Assembly: GCA_964016885.1 (NCBI GenBank)
Contig: OZ024740.1
Location: 150,102,001-150,166,000 of the forward strand
Length of the DNA stretch: 64,000 nt
Reading direction: 5' to 3'
DNA from: Eledone cirrhosa
Lineage: Eukaryota
Shown here: positions 51,735-64,000 of the stretch, piece after piece
How positions within the stretch are numbered: position 1 is the first letter of the stretch
Layout: every line of letters starts with the position of its first letter
The notes under the pieces: model-generated
Told to the model about the DNA's origin: nothing
The model's input: the letters and a program-made list of their open reading frames with translations, nothing else
Database searches by the model: none
Program-made: the position numbers and the translations under genes

Positions 51735-52640
51735 ATCTTCTTTGCCCACTTATTCCTGAGAGGGTCAAGAGGGCAGAGTCCTCAAACACACCTTCCAGTG
51801 GGTCTTGTCAGAAGCACTCATCTCCAACTGAATCTCCAAGCGAGACAAGCCAAGCTCATGAATGTTATCCAACCATCTTGCTCAGGGTCTCCTGCCAGTT
51901 GGTTTTGCCCATAAAATCTGTCCAGTGATTCTTTCCTGAGACATTCTAACCACATGCCCATAATATTGGAGCTGTGATCTCTCAATTCGGAGAAGTAGTG
52001 GCTCTGATCTCCAAACTACGCACCCTATCAAGTACCATTACTCAAAAGACCCTTCGGAGAAACCCCATTTTGACCACTTATATTTCGCAACCATATTCTT
52101 CCACTCATTACCCAAGATTTGTCACGAATATCAAATTGAAGATAGTAATTACCGAATGCTGAAACTGGTGCATTACTGTACAAGCTCCTGCATTTCTTGC
52201 ACTTAATTCAGCCTTCTGCCTTCCATCACTCGTGAACACAACCCCGAGATACTTAAACTTTTCCACCTGCTTCAGTGGAGCTCCACAGGCTTCCTTGAGA
52301 GGACGAGTGTCTCAGTTTTCGCAGCAATGATTTTCATTCCAGCCATGCAGCACTAGTCATCAAATCTATTAAGTGCAAATCAGAGATCACCTTCTGTCGA
52401 GTTAAGTAGCACTACGTTTGCAAATTCCAGCCGGAACATGATCATATGCCTTTTCGAGGTCTACAAAACAATATACCTCTTGGCAATACTCACGATTTCT
52501 GAAAAATCTGCCGCAGTGTGAATATTTGCTCCACTGTGCTGCATCCGGGGCTAAAACCGCACTATTCATCAGCTAGCTTGGACTCGATAAATTCTCTACA
52601 TCTGTGCCAGACACTTAGCAATGAGAGGCTTAACAAGGAG
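51735..52640 (-). mobile_element. Degenerate RTE LINE (second family)
   Basis: Minus-strand QVEKFKYLGVVFTSDG, YGHVVRMSQER and W-DNI, homologous to 36870-38160. Its 3' end motif CTTTGCCCACTTATTCCTG is also seen at ~50981. Confidence 0.8.
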
Positions 52641-53014
52641 ATCTCTGTAATTGATAGATACCATACAAATATTTTACCCGATGCCATTTCCACTAGGATT
52701 TAAAATTTACCAAATGGTTTTTTTTTTTTTTTTTTTGCAATCTTCCCACAGTGCAACGAAACTAAAGAATAACATACAGAGATGTATAAATATAAGAAAA
52801 TATTCAGGTTATGATTAGTAATATGTTCTGTTATGCCTTTTAGCAGCTCCACTGACTTTATAGAACTACCCTATTTAAAACAGATTTATATTTGTCCTTA
52901 CAGATTATGGGTTCAGATTGTCTATTTGAATCCACATCTTCAGACAGAAATATTTTACTTAAATTTGGAGGTGGAGGAATAAAAGCTTCAGTGTAGATTT
53001 TAAATTACACTGAC

Positions 53015-53229
53015 CTTAGCTTGTCCAACTTTAAACTCTTCATCCTTTTTATAGATGACTGGAACATTTGGCCGGCTGGTTCTAATAAAGCAAATTCCTT
53101 TTGTGTTTGCTGCCAACTCTATTGCTCGTTCACAAGAGACAGCATCACTTGGATAAAAGACAGTAGAACCAGGAATACTACGGAACATTGAAATATCTTC
53201 AAGGGCCATCTGTGATGGACCATCTTCAC
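53015..53229 (-). CDS. TKT: Transketolase exon
   Basis: [32 protein letters not shown]...FIRTSRP...FKVGQAK; CAG / GTCAGT boundaries. Confidence 0.97.
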
Positions 53230-53892
53230 CTGTTCAAGGCAAAAAGTAAAAAATAAAAAAATGAAATTTAATTGATTAAAATTTAGAGCATAAGATTAAT
53301 CAACTGATTGCTTTTCAATATTTGTCCATATCTGATCAAGTAAGAGCCCAATAAGGTAGATTGTCTGATGCAGTGGGTGTTGCTGGCTATTCTCCACAGC
53401 AATGCCTCCTTTTTTATCCATGGGGTGCAGCTGAGATATAACTACCATACCCACTTTTTTACATATGCAAACGTTGATGAATTGTAAATTTCTTTCCTTT
53501 ATTTTATTTTTGAATAAAAAATACATTTTCTTTTAATTACACAAAAAAATTTTTTTTCTATCAGATTGAGGTTTATTGTAGTGCCCCTAGCCACTGTAAA
53601 TGCTGCTCAAAGATAAATCAATCTATTATCTACATGCCCATTACATCTCATTTTTTAACTATTGTTAAATAAACTGATTAGCATTAGGAAACAAATGAAG
53701 ACAATTGTTGATAGAGTTGTACAATAGATGTAATGGTATTGAAAAACCATTGAAGCATGAAGTGATAAATAAAATTCATCGTTATTTTACATTCGCTTTC
53801 CATGCTTGCATAGACTCGATGGGTCATCCCCAGTTAATACCTCATGATAAAAAATCAACTGAAAAAACTTTGTAAAATAAAAATAGACCTAC

Positions 53893-54100
53893 CGATAGAT
53901 ATACCAGCATGGGAACCACAGAAATTAGCATTAGTCTGAGAGATTGCTCCCATTCGGATTTGATCAAAAGCTCTTGAAAGAAAACAAGCAAATGTACTAA
54001 TGAAAGGAATTGTACGGTTACGACAGGCACAGCCAATACCAACACCCACAAGATTCTGTTCAGCAATATAGCATTCAATAAATCTGTCTGGGAAAGCTTT
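53893..54100 (-). CDS. TKT: Transketolase exon
   Basis: [20 protein letters not shown]...[13 protein letters not shown]...GSHAGISI; CAG / GTAGG boundaries. Confidence 0.97.
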
Positions 54101-55764
54101 CTGAAAATACATAACAGAATAAAAGCATTAAATATCTATAAAATCATATATGATAGAAAAAACAATGCTAAGAAACTTTCAATATTTTCAATTGATTTGT
54201 TGAAATTGTTTTCTCTTATTTTTTATTTTAATATCCCAAAATAAATAGCAGTAAGGAATGTGCCTCAACTCTTGATACTAAATTGTCTGAAACAAAAACA
54301 ACCCCTGGTTCTATAATACAAAACTTTATATTTATCTAAAATCATTCCATCATAATTTTATATAAGAGCCTTTGCTGTAATATTTCAAACATCTTAATAA
54401 TGAGAAAATTAATTATATTACTAAATCCCTTCAAATTCCTGATTATTTTCAAAGTGATCTGAAAATTGCAGTCAGTGTTTTTCATTAGATTGATAATGAA
54501 AGGGTTACAGATGTAGCAAGATATCAATAAGCACGGTTCAAGCAAGTAATAAAAAAAGATTTGCAATCATACTCAAAGTCAATTTTAATGTGAATATAAA
54601 CTACTACAAAAGATTTCCATATTTACTGTCCATAAGGTCAAGTCTTAGGCCAGTTCAACATTCACAAAATTTCCGATACCCACAAACATAGCCTTTAGCA
54701 CACTGTAGGCAACATAATACACTATAGCGTAATCTCCCCATAAACTCGGTGTCAAGGAAAAACTTATTAAAAATATTAGTACGCTAAAAGTTAACTATGA
54801 CATGACCCCCCCTTTTTTTTTGTAGACCTGCTCAAACAAATCACCTCTGTACTATACTACTTTAGCCATTGGAATTTGATAATGTAAATATAAGGACAAT
54901 ATTCCTATTAGTGGTGATAGGAAATATCTAGAATAGTTTCAAGAATTTCTTGCAGACAGGTATCATTAGAACTACTAAACTGTCCAGTCAAATTAGTTGG
55001 TTAACAAAAAAAGAGAATTGATCTTCAGAATTTCTGACTGCATCTACTTTCTTGGGCTGATGCATGTTTGAATAAACAATTGTTTAACCCCTTGCCTCCT
55101 AACTACAGCCGAGTTGGGATATTAGAATGTCAATGAATGTCGAAGCATGCCATAAGTTGTTTGTTTACATTCCACATTCATAGTCGAACCACAACTATAG
55201 TTATGGTTTGAAAAGTACTCATTTCTGATGTAAAATACTCAGTGATTGGAGGAATTAGGAAACTATTTTAGGCCTACTGCCTTTTGGGGAGAGAAAGAGA
55301 GAGTCATTTTAATAATTTTTAACAACAAATGTCCAAGGGTAGTAAGACTATGATCATAAAGACTACACAGAGCATATGAAAGGAGTGGACCCTGCAGACC
55401 AGTGAAGAGCAAGATACTGCACTGGAAGTAAGTTTAATAAATGGTGGAAGTATTTACTTTATTTTGTTGATGTGATTTTATGTTCATCATTTGTGATAAT
55501 GAAAGAATCTCCAAACCATAAATTCCTATACAAGGAAAATGCCCTTGGAAGAAATTCCCCAGGGTGCCACATACTAGCCTGTAGACTTAGTGAAAAAGAG
55601 AAATTGCAGGGAGTGTTCCAAACAAAATATTAGAAGGGAACCAAAAATAGGCTGCAAGCAATGCAAGGTAATTCTCTGTATTAACTGATCCAAGCCCTAT
55701 TCCCTGAAACATTTCCCTTAAAAGCTATGTATATGTTTTATGTTTATGCTCGCATTTTGACGCA

Positions 55765-56101
55765 TTTCTGAGTTCAAATCCTGCCGAGGTTAATTTGCTT
55801 TTCATCCTTACGGAGTCGATAAAATAAAGTACCAGTAATACACTGCGGAATTTGCTGGCCTTGTGCCAACAAAAGTAGAAACAATTATATTAAATTGATT
55901 ATTTTATTTAATAATTGTTTCTACTTTTGGCACAAGGCCAGCAATTATCCAGTGTATTACAGGTACTTTATTTTATCGACCCCGTAAGGATAAAAGGCAA
56001 AGTTAACTTTGGCAGGATTTGAACTCAGACCATAAAGGGCCGTAATTCTTTGCTGTAAAGCATGGCGTCAGACCCTCTACGGATACTGCCAATCCACCGC
56101 C
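55765..56101. mobile_element. Tail-to-tail pair of tRNA-SINEs
   Basis: A + copy at 55765-55890 and a - copy at 55908-56101, separated by ~20-25 bp. Confidence 0.88.
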
Positions 56102-57058
56102 ATTTAAGGATATAAAAAATAAGGATTTTGCAATATCCTTTAGTAAATTCAGTTTGGAATCTTCACTGAAAATGTCATGCTTTTATCTTAATTTATAAAC
56201 TTATAAACTTTATAAACTTATAGCAATTTTGGTATCGTTGTTAAAAAACTAGATTCTCACTATTTGGCCTAAAGATGTAATGTCAAATACTAAGGGAAGT
56301 AATCCTATACGACCACAAAAGCCATAAAGGAAAACGAGTTAAATTAATCGTTCACACCACAGGGTTATTTCAAGTTGTTTATAGTAATATCAAGTTACTA
56401 AAAATTCTACGATGATTTCATAAAAAAAGTTTGGTTCTTTTTTTCTCCCCCTTTTTATACATTATTATAACAAAAACTGCTAGGCTAACTATTTTAGATA
56501 CATTCTTAGCTCAGTACTGAGTTTGAATTGAAATGTTTTATAGGTCCAGTAGATAAGACACTGTTTTTTCCATCAAATTTTCAGAGTAAAGAGGGTGCAA
56601 TGTATACATAATTATATACGGAGTCTTCAAAACCAAACAGCATCCATAAGGAACTTGTTAACCTCAACTATATATGACCAGGTCAAACTGGCCTATAAAG
56701 AAATATTGTATAGGTGTGAAATCTGAAAAAACTGGATGCAGTATGTCCAGACAACTACACAGCACTCCACATTTTATCTGCATTCCATGCCTACATGACT
56801 TGGATGGGCCCTCTCTAGCAAAGCCTGCCTTCACTTGTTGCATGTCATCAGCATCTCTGAAGTTCAGCATTTTGTGATCAGCCCCAAACAACCTCTACCC
56901 AGATTTTCCAGTCTTCTGTTACTGTAGCTTTTTTTCCATTGACATCTTCAAGCACTTCTTTACCAAGAGGATATAGATAATAGAATTACTCAAACCCAAA
57001 TATGTTAGAGCAGTCACTCTAAAATGTTAATATATAATAATTTTTATTTAAAATTTAC

Positions 57059-57172
57059 CATGTAAACTTGAGCGTAAGTTGAGTTTTTAGTGTCTCCATC
57101 CATAGCTACTACATGTTTGCAGTTTTTGCCAAGCTTCACCAGTGCTGTACCATAAGCTGCTCGAGTGGCAAA
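57059..57172 (-). CDS. TKT: Transketolase exon
   Basis: FATRAAYGTALVKLG...VVAMDGDTKNSTYAQVYM; TAG / GTAAA boundaries. Confidence 0.95.
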
Positions 57173-58530
57173 CTAGAAAAGACAAAGAGAAAATCAATCA
57201 AAATATCAGGAATTATTTCTAAGCTATAAATCTGGTATATGAATGGTTATGAAATGTTGACTTTCAGTACAAGAATAGTTAAACTTTGAAGTGTTCAGAT
57301 GCAAAAACAGTATACCAAATTTGAAATTTAAATTCCATTGAGAATCAACATAGCCAAATCACATGCTTTATGGAATTCCTTCAGAATACATATAACAGCT
57401 TTCACAAATATTCTTCACTTATATTTTTACTGTCAATTGTTTTGCATAAAGACAAATTCATTACTATTTTGCAAGACTGCCATAAATTCTTTATAAATAG
57501 AATTAACAAATTATAGCTGAATTTGGAGTGAACACTTCACAAACACAAAGTGCAGTTCTCTAGCTTTAGGTTTCAAACATGAAAATTTTGAAAAGTAACT
57601 ACAGTAATTTAGTGTTCATTGTGTAATGTTTAGTTTAATTTCATTCATTTTCTGTGGGTAACATATACTTGAAATTAACATTTATTTGAATGTTATATCA
57701 TTAAGACAATGATAGAAATAGAATGAGAAACTTGTGCTAAATAACTTTTGAAGACTATGATGAATACTGATCTCAAGAAAGTACTGTCCATTTGCCTATC
57801 TTATTAAATTGATAACAAAATAATTAGTCTTAAATAAACAATGTAAATGCTTCGTTTGTTATATAACAAAAAAAGCAGATATGATGTGCATGTACATTAC
57901 TCTATAACCCTTAAACTTTTGTACTTAAAAAAAAAAAATGTAATTATGAAAAGCCTATAAGGATTTAGCAGAAAATATTTTTTAAAAATAGCTTTATTAA
58001 TTCATAAGTTTATAGTATCTTCACAGATGGATAGATCAAACAAGGTAACATTGTGGAAATTTCAGTTGAATTAAAAATGACAATATGGAACTTTAAATGT
58101 TTTGTTGATAAGTTTTTTATATATATATTAATAAATGACAAACTCCCCAATTGGAATATTTTACTCATATAGCCTAGACAATGACACTGCCACCACTTAT
58201 CTTTTTCACACACTCATACTATTCCCTTTCCACAGAATGACCAAAGTTTTAAAATGTAATTTGTCTTTTAGTTCTTTCTCTCCCTTCACACACAAATACA
58301 CCATCCTCTTTCCATAAAGACATGAGATTAAAAAGTTTTGGTGTTTGCTGCTATCACCACCACCACTACACATACCACCCCCTTTCCACCATGTGACCAA
58401 CTATTTACACAAGACATAATCGATTGATGTAGTCAATGCCATTTGGTACTTTTCAAGAAAGTCTTAATATCCTGTACTGCATGAAGCATGAAACTGCATT
58501 AAGAGTTAAACAACCAATTCAAAATCTTAC

Positions 58531-58727
58531 CTGTTGGCCAATTTCATATGCTGGAGGTTCAGACATTTCAATGTTAGACAGGTTTCTCTCAGGAATAACA
58601 TGTTCAGGAGACTTTATATTTAGCTGATGTTTACTAGGATTATTCAGCAAATTTGTCAAATGTGTCAAAGCAGCTGCACTTTTAGTAGCCAGTGGTTTAC
58701 CATGCCAATTCTCCAAATTTTCAACAT
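58531..58727 (-). CDS. TKT: Transketolase exon
   Basis: VENLENWHGKPL...PPAYEIGQQ; CAG / GTAAG boundaries. Confidence 0.95.
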
Positions 58728-59270
58728 CTGTTTAAAAATAAACCTTATGAAATTATCCAAATGCTGAGAGTTGGAAATTTGAAAATAGCTGGAAAAACAG
58801 TCAGTCACTTTAAATAGCTGAGAAAATCAGGTAATTAGCTCTAGAGACTGTCATTCTGTGTTTGGTATTTTCACATTTCCAAATTATAACCTGCTTATAC
58901 ACTTCAGCTAAAATATTAGGTTCTGACTAAAAAATCTGTGCTAATCCAAATGCAAAAATTGTTTCTAATTTTGGTGGTAAGAGAAAATCAATTTATATGA
59001 ACCCCAATGCTGGTAATTTGTTAACCTCAGAAGAATGATAAGCAAAGCTGACCTCAGCAGGATTTGAACTCAGACAACCTAGGGCTGTTGCTGCAAAGCA
59101 TTTTGTCCAATGCTCTAACAATCCTGCCAATTCTAATAAACCTGGCACATGGTCAGCAATTTAGAGGGAAGGCAAACTTGATCTCAATGCACTTAGAATG
59201 TAAAGAGTTATACCTAACACTGCTCAGCTCTAATAACTGTCAATCCTGATCCAAGTGCAAAAAAAAACAA

Positions 59271-59275
<5 letters not shown>

Positions 59276-59331
<56 letters not shown>
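59276..59331. repeat. (TA)n microsatellite
   Basis: Direct dinucleotide run. Confidence 0.97.
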
Positions 59332-59332
<1 letters not shown>

Positions 59333-60314
59333 TTTGTGCCAAAAATAACATCTGGATCAGAAACTTTGGCAAATTCCTATAACTGACCATGATGGGACAC
59401 CTCCTTGATTTAGTTTATATTAACTCCAATTTTTCAAGTTTAATACTTATTTTATCAATACCTTTTTGTCTAACTGGTAATTTACAGGATATGAACATAT
59501 ACATATACAATAGGTTTCTGAAGTTTCCATCACCACATTCCATTCACAAGGCACTAGTCAACCCCAGGCAAGACACTTGCTCAAAGTGCCACACAGCATG
59601 ACAGTCCAGAACCAACTGGTTGCAAAGGAAATTCAACCATAAAGCTATGTACTGTTTCCACACACTGGATGACCATTTTACTTTTAGCTACATTGAATAG
59701 TTAAAATTCTTAGTATTTGGTTAGAAGCTGTATCATATTCAATACTAACTTAATAGATAACTCATGTAACCTGAACTAGTGACCCGATAGTAAAGAAACT
59801 ACATCTTAAAAAATAGAAATGATTATATTTCAAACCTGACCTACATGTATATTGACCAGCTGGAAACAAATACTTTAGCAATTTATAAACTGTTTTACAA
59901 TAGACCTCCATGTGTTGGAATCTATAAACCTAACAGCATATGTATTTTCAACTAACATTCATCACTCATCTATAAAATTAACCACATACAAATGCCAATG
60001 TTTTAAAACCCACTTTTAACTCAGTTGTAATGTTGAAAATAAACCAGAATAAAGATTCATCCTCCATGCACTGTCCCTGTAGCTTCTCTACTTAATAAAA
60101 TCATTTTCCAACATATACATACAAATGACAGTACATTTGGAATGCTATTCTACTTTATCTCCAACTATAAATTAATTTAAGTGTTGACATTTCACACCAA
60201 CTTTACTATTTATTCACGGAATTCTAGTTTAGAACCAGATTAAAATCATTTGGAGGTTATCACTTCTTTAAGCAAATTGAATTAAATGTTTTGGGATTCT
60301 TCATAGTATTAGGT

Positions 60315-60515
60315 AGTAAGGTCTGGGCACTATGTGCAGAGGACCTGTGAAGATTGGAAAGACATGAAGCTTGCATGCTTCAATGGATGTGTAATGGTAA
60401 TACACATGAATGGCAAAGCATAAATGAACTGAAAGAGAAACTGGGTATAAGAGGGATCAGATGCAGTGTGTAGGAGAAATTGCGTTGGTATAGACATGTC
60501 ATGCATATGAAGGAT
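60315..60515 (+). mobile_element. RTE LINE fragment
   Basis: Similar to 48250-48450 (GAAGCTTGCATGCT...GGATGTGTAA...ATAAGAGGGATCAGATG). Confidence 0.8.
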
Positions 60516-61084
60516 TATTAAGATTATTAAGACCAGACAATACTTTTCATCATACTCTATTACGTGTTCCAGCTGACAGACTGAGGTTATGTTGGGGCAC
60601 CGCCATTAAAATATTTGAACCCAACGCTGACCATAATGTACTTATCAGACATGTCTCAGCCAAAGGGACAATTCAGGTGAATCTCACCAACACAGCATCT
60701 ATAGACAAGACAATACTTTTGATACCAACCTGCCCCAGGTTCTACAAAACAACCCCACCCATTTTAAAGATTTCCTATTTAAGTTAACATTTTCAAACAA
60801 TTTTATACAAGAACCATGTGTTAAATTACTTAATGAAGAATTTTGATAGATTTACTAAAATGATTATTTCATTAATTGAAACAGTATATTTCATTAGAAA
60901 TAAAATTGTGAAAGGATTACCTCACTGAATCCACCCACCTAACTGGAAATAGAGGCAATTCATAGATTATAAGGACAGAAAACAGTATAATTACTTAGTT
61001 TACAGTACCAAGTTCATGTATTCCTTGACTGAGTAAGTCATTGATAAACTAATGTTGATTCTGATTTCAATATCTCTTGAAGAT

Positions 61085-61262
61085 AGAGTGTGGATTAGCA
61101 GAATTGGTGGAATGTTGGATAAAATGCATTTACCATATTAGTTTTGACTAAGGTCTGAGTTCACAGCCACCAAGGTCAACTTTGCCCTTTATCCTTCCTA
61201 GGTCGATGTTGATTTAAACCTTAACGCCCAAATTGCTGGCCTTGCTCCTAAATTAGGAACCA
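61085..61262 (+). mobile_element. Diverged tRNA-SINE
   Basis: CTGAGTTCACAG, CTTTTATCCTTCCTAGGTCGAT and AATTGCTGGCCTTG...TAAATTAGGAAC. Confidence 0.65.
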
Positions 61263-61335
61263 ATCTCTTGCATTTGCTAAATTCAATTCCATTCACAGCC
61301 CCTTTAATATTATCGTGCTGTTAGGAAGTACTTAC

Positions 61336-61463
61336 CAGGAATGGATTTGCCTTTCAGTGTTTTGGCAACAACGCAAGTTGGTTTACCCTCAACTGATGAA
61401 GCTTGATGAAAAGTTTTGCATAAGGAATCAACATCATGTCCATCAATAATAATAGTATTCCAG
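61336..61463 (-). CDS. TKT: Transketolase exon (most 5' exon within the window)
   Basis: (G)WNTIIIDGHDVDSLCKTFHQASSVEGKPTCVVAKTLKGKSIP; TTTTCAG / GTAAG boundaries. Confidence 0.95.
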
Positions 61464-61681
61464 CTGAAAAATATAAACTTTTCAATTTAGATAGTATATT
61501 TTGACATGGATACTTTTGGTTTTTCACTAAGTGGAGTATGATAAGAAAAGAATTGTACAAACTAACATAACATTAGGCCAGCGCAAAATCATAAAATCTG
61601 AAAAATTTGGAACGGTTTCTAATCAAACTGTATTTGCATAATATGAGCAGAGATTTCTCTTTACATCTATTTCATATTTAC

Positions 61682-64000
61682 ATAATAATAATAATAATGA
61701 AATTATTGTGTAAAGTGCTCAGGTGCACTACAACTCATCAAAGGTGCATGTATAGTACATAGAATAATATACAAATGTCAGGGAAGTGAATAGTGTACGC
61801 GTCATGATATACATGTGTGTATGTGTATGGAGAGGGAACATTAGGTGTAGTGTTGGCAAATCTCGTGAAGCATGGAGGTTTTAAAAGATGCAGTGTCTCG
61901 ACAGCTAACAACTGATGCAGGTAGTTTGTTCCGTGCTTCAGCAACTCAGAGCGTGAAAAAATGTTTCAGAAAGTCATAGGAACTGTGCTGTTTTCCGACT
62001 TTGTGGGCATGCTCACGTGTGTTAGACACATGGAAATCAAAAAGGTACTCAGGGTTGTTGTTGGCAAGATGGTTAATAATTTTGTGGGTGTTTGCCAAGT
62101 CAGTTGCCAGGTGTTGGAGCTTCAATGTATCCATGCCCAGGGAAGCAAGGCGTTCAGAGTATGGTAGATGCCTGATGGAGGGTATTCGCTTGGTTGCACG
62201 TCTCTGAACAGTTTCCAGGCAGTCAATGTTCTGAGCAAGATAGGGGTTCCAGACTGGTGATGCAAATTCTAAGTGTGGCCGCACCATAGCCATGTACAGC
62301 CTTAAATAGATAGCTGGAGAGCGGCTGATAAAGATCTTGCTGAGCGCTGCTAAGACACCCTCGGCCCTCTTGACAATTTTAGAGACGTGCTTCGCCCAAC
62401 GCAAATCGCTGCTGACCGTAATGTCCAGGTCACGTTCACAAGAAGACTTCTTGATATTAGTGCTGTGGAGGGAGTATGTGGACGCTGGGTTTTTACTCCC
62501 AAAATGCATGGTGGTGGACTTGTCCACAGCTAGCTCGAGTTGCCAGTTTGAGATCCATTGTTGCATTGTGTCCAGGTCAGACTGCAAGCAAGATCTATAG
62601 TGTTCAGGATCTGTCCTTTATATCTCAAGGTACAGCTTGATGTCATCTGCGTACTTTAGTACTGTGGCATTCTTTAAGTTGGCATCTATGTCATTAATAT
62701 ATGCCACAAACAAAAGGGGGCCAAGAACAGATCCCTGTGGTACACCAGATGACATCTCATATGGTGAGGAATGCTGTCCCAGAACCGTGAGTACCTCTCT
62801 TCGACTGAGAATGAAGGACTTCAACCAGTTAAAAAGATCATCCTTCACACCCATTGCAGAGTTTTGCCATAAGCCTTTTGTGTGGCACAGAATTGAAAGC
62901 TTTCGCAAAGTCAAAGTAAACAACATCCACCCATGAGCCGCCATCAGTGAAACTCGACAAGTTGATCACAACAGTTGGAGTTAAGGATAAATCCAAATTG
63001 CGAGGGCCGGATAAGACTGTGAGAGTTCCAGAAGTTCCAAAGTGTTTCTCTGACACAGGATGCCATCAGTTTGGCAACGCAGCTAGTAAGACTGACTGGA
63101 TGACAGTTCACAAAGGATGTGCAGTCACCCTTTTTGAAAAGAGGAATGACACTAGCAGCTTTCCACTGTTCTGGAGTAGCACCGTTGTTCAGACAGAATT
63201 GGAAGAAGCGTGATACTGGTGCAAGAGGTAGTACCCATCACGTTTGAGAAGCAGGTACGTAACACCATCAAGACCAGGAGAGGCATGGTTGCGTTTATTT
63301 TTTTAGGTGAGCACGCAGCATTGCAGGTGTAAATTCCATGGTTGTAATAGAATCTGGTGACAGTGGTGGTGGAGATGGTACACTCTGGTCTTCAATAATG
63401 AAAATGCCTGCATAGCATTCAGCAATGAATGAGCTCTGCACATTCCTTGGGGTCGTCAGTAATCTGGCTTGTGAAGAGGACCAACTGGAGAGTGAGGCCT
63501 CTGCTTTGAGAACATACTTCCAGAACACCTTTCTGTCAGAGCTGGTTGCTATGCGCTGCTCAAATTGAAGCACTGCTTTTTTTGTCACCTGTTTGAGGTG
63601 GTTGGATGATTTATTTCGCCTCTTCCTATTGATGTCTGATTTGTGCAGTTTGTACTCACGTTCAGCATTACAACGTTCTTTTCTGGCAAGACAGACTGCT
63701 GCAGTCTCCCAAATTGCACTTTTAGGATGTTTTTTCCACTTACGTGGCACCGATGCTGCACATATTGAGCTCAGGATGTTCTGGAGTACAGTGTTGACAT
63801 CTCCAGAGTCGTAGAACACAAGCCAGTTTGGTCGTTGCAACTCGGTGCAGTAACAGTTCTAGTCTGCTTTATTCCAGTCAAAGTGAGCAGTTTGGAGATG
63901 GTCGTGGTTCTTGTTACTGCCCATGAGGGATAGATTGGCAATGATCATGGTCAGCAGTAACACTAATGACCGTTTCAGGAGTAGTGGTGAAGAGTAGGTC
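61682..64000 (-). mobile_element. CR1-group LINE, degenerate, runs off the window
   Basis: VDVVYFDFAKAFNSVPH, SGVPQGSVLGPLLF, YADD, VRPHLEFASPVWNP and VQRRATK; (TTA)n tail at 61682-61699; frameshifts. Confidence 0.93.

Noticed and set aside
55084-55685. Possible further piggyBac-like relic beginning TTAACCCCTTGC
   Set aside because: No convincing matching right TIR or TTAA site and no transposase remnants identified.

Overview
Repeat-rich, intron-containing eukaryotic (metazoan) DNA. The SINE/RTE families and microsatellite load suggest a coleoid cephalopod such as octopus (inference). Host genes: (i) the 3' seven coding exons of a transketolase on the minus strand (61463 down to 38986; the 5' exons lie beyond the window); (ii) a probable two-exon secreted, acidic, single IGFBP-N-domain peptide gene on the plus strand (25376-25569 + 35284-~35385). 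The rest is mostly repeats: a ~20 kb array of ~33 x ~620-bp monomers with higher-order structure and Helitron-like monomer junctions; a Helitron 3' end; a split/inverted CRE-clade retrotransposon; an inverted duplication carrying a minimal hammerhead ribozyme; hAT, piggyBac and foldback MITEs; a Helentron/DINE-like element with ~620-bp internal repeats; RTE LINEs with a PHD finger inserted inside the RT region; a CR1-type LINE; and many tRNA-derived SINEs. Most short ORFs in the supplied track are artefacts of repeats. All calls were made by eye with no database searches, and boundaries of degenerate repeats are approximate.
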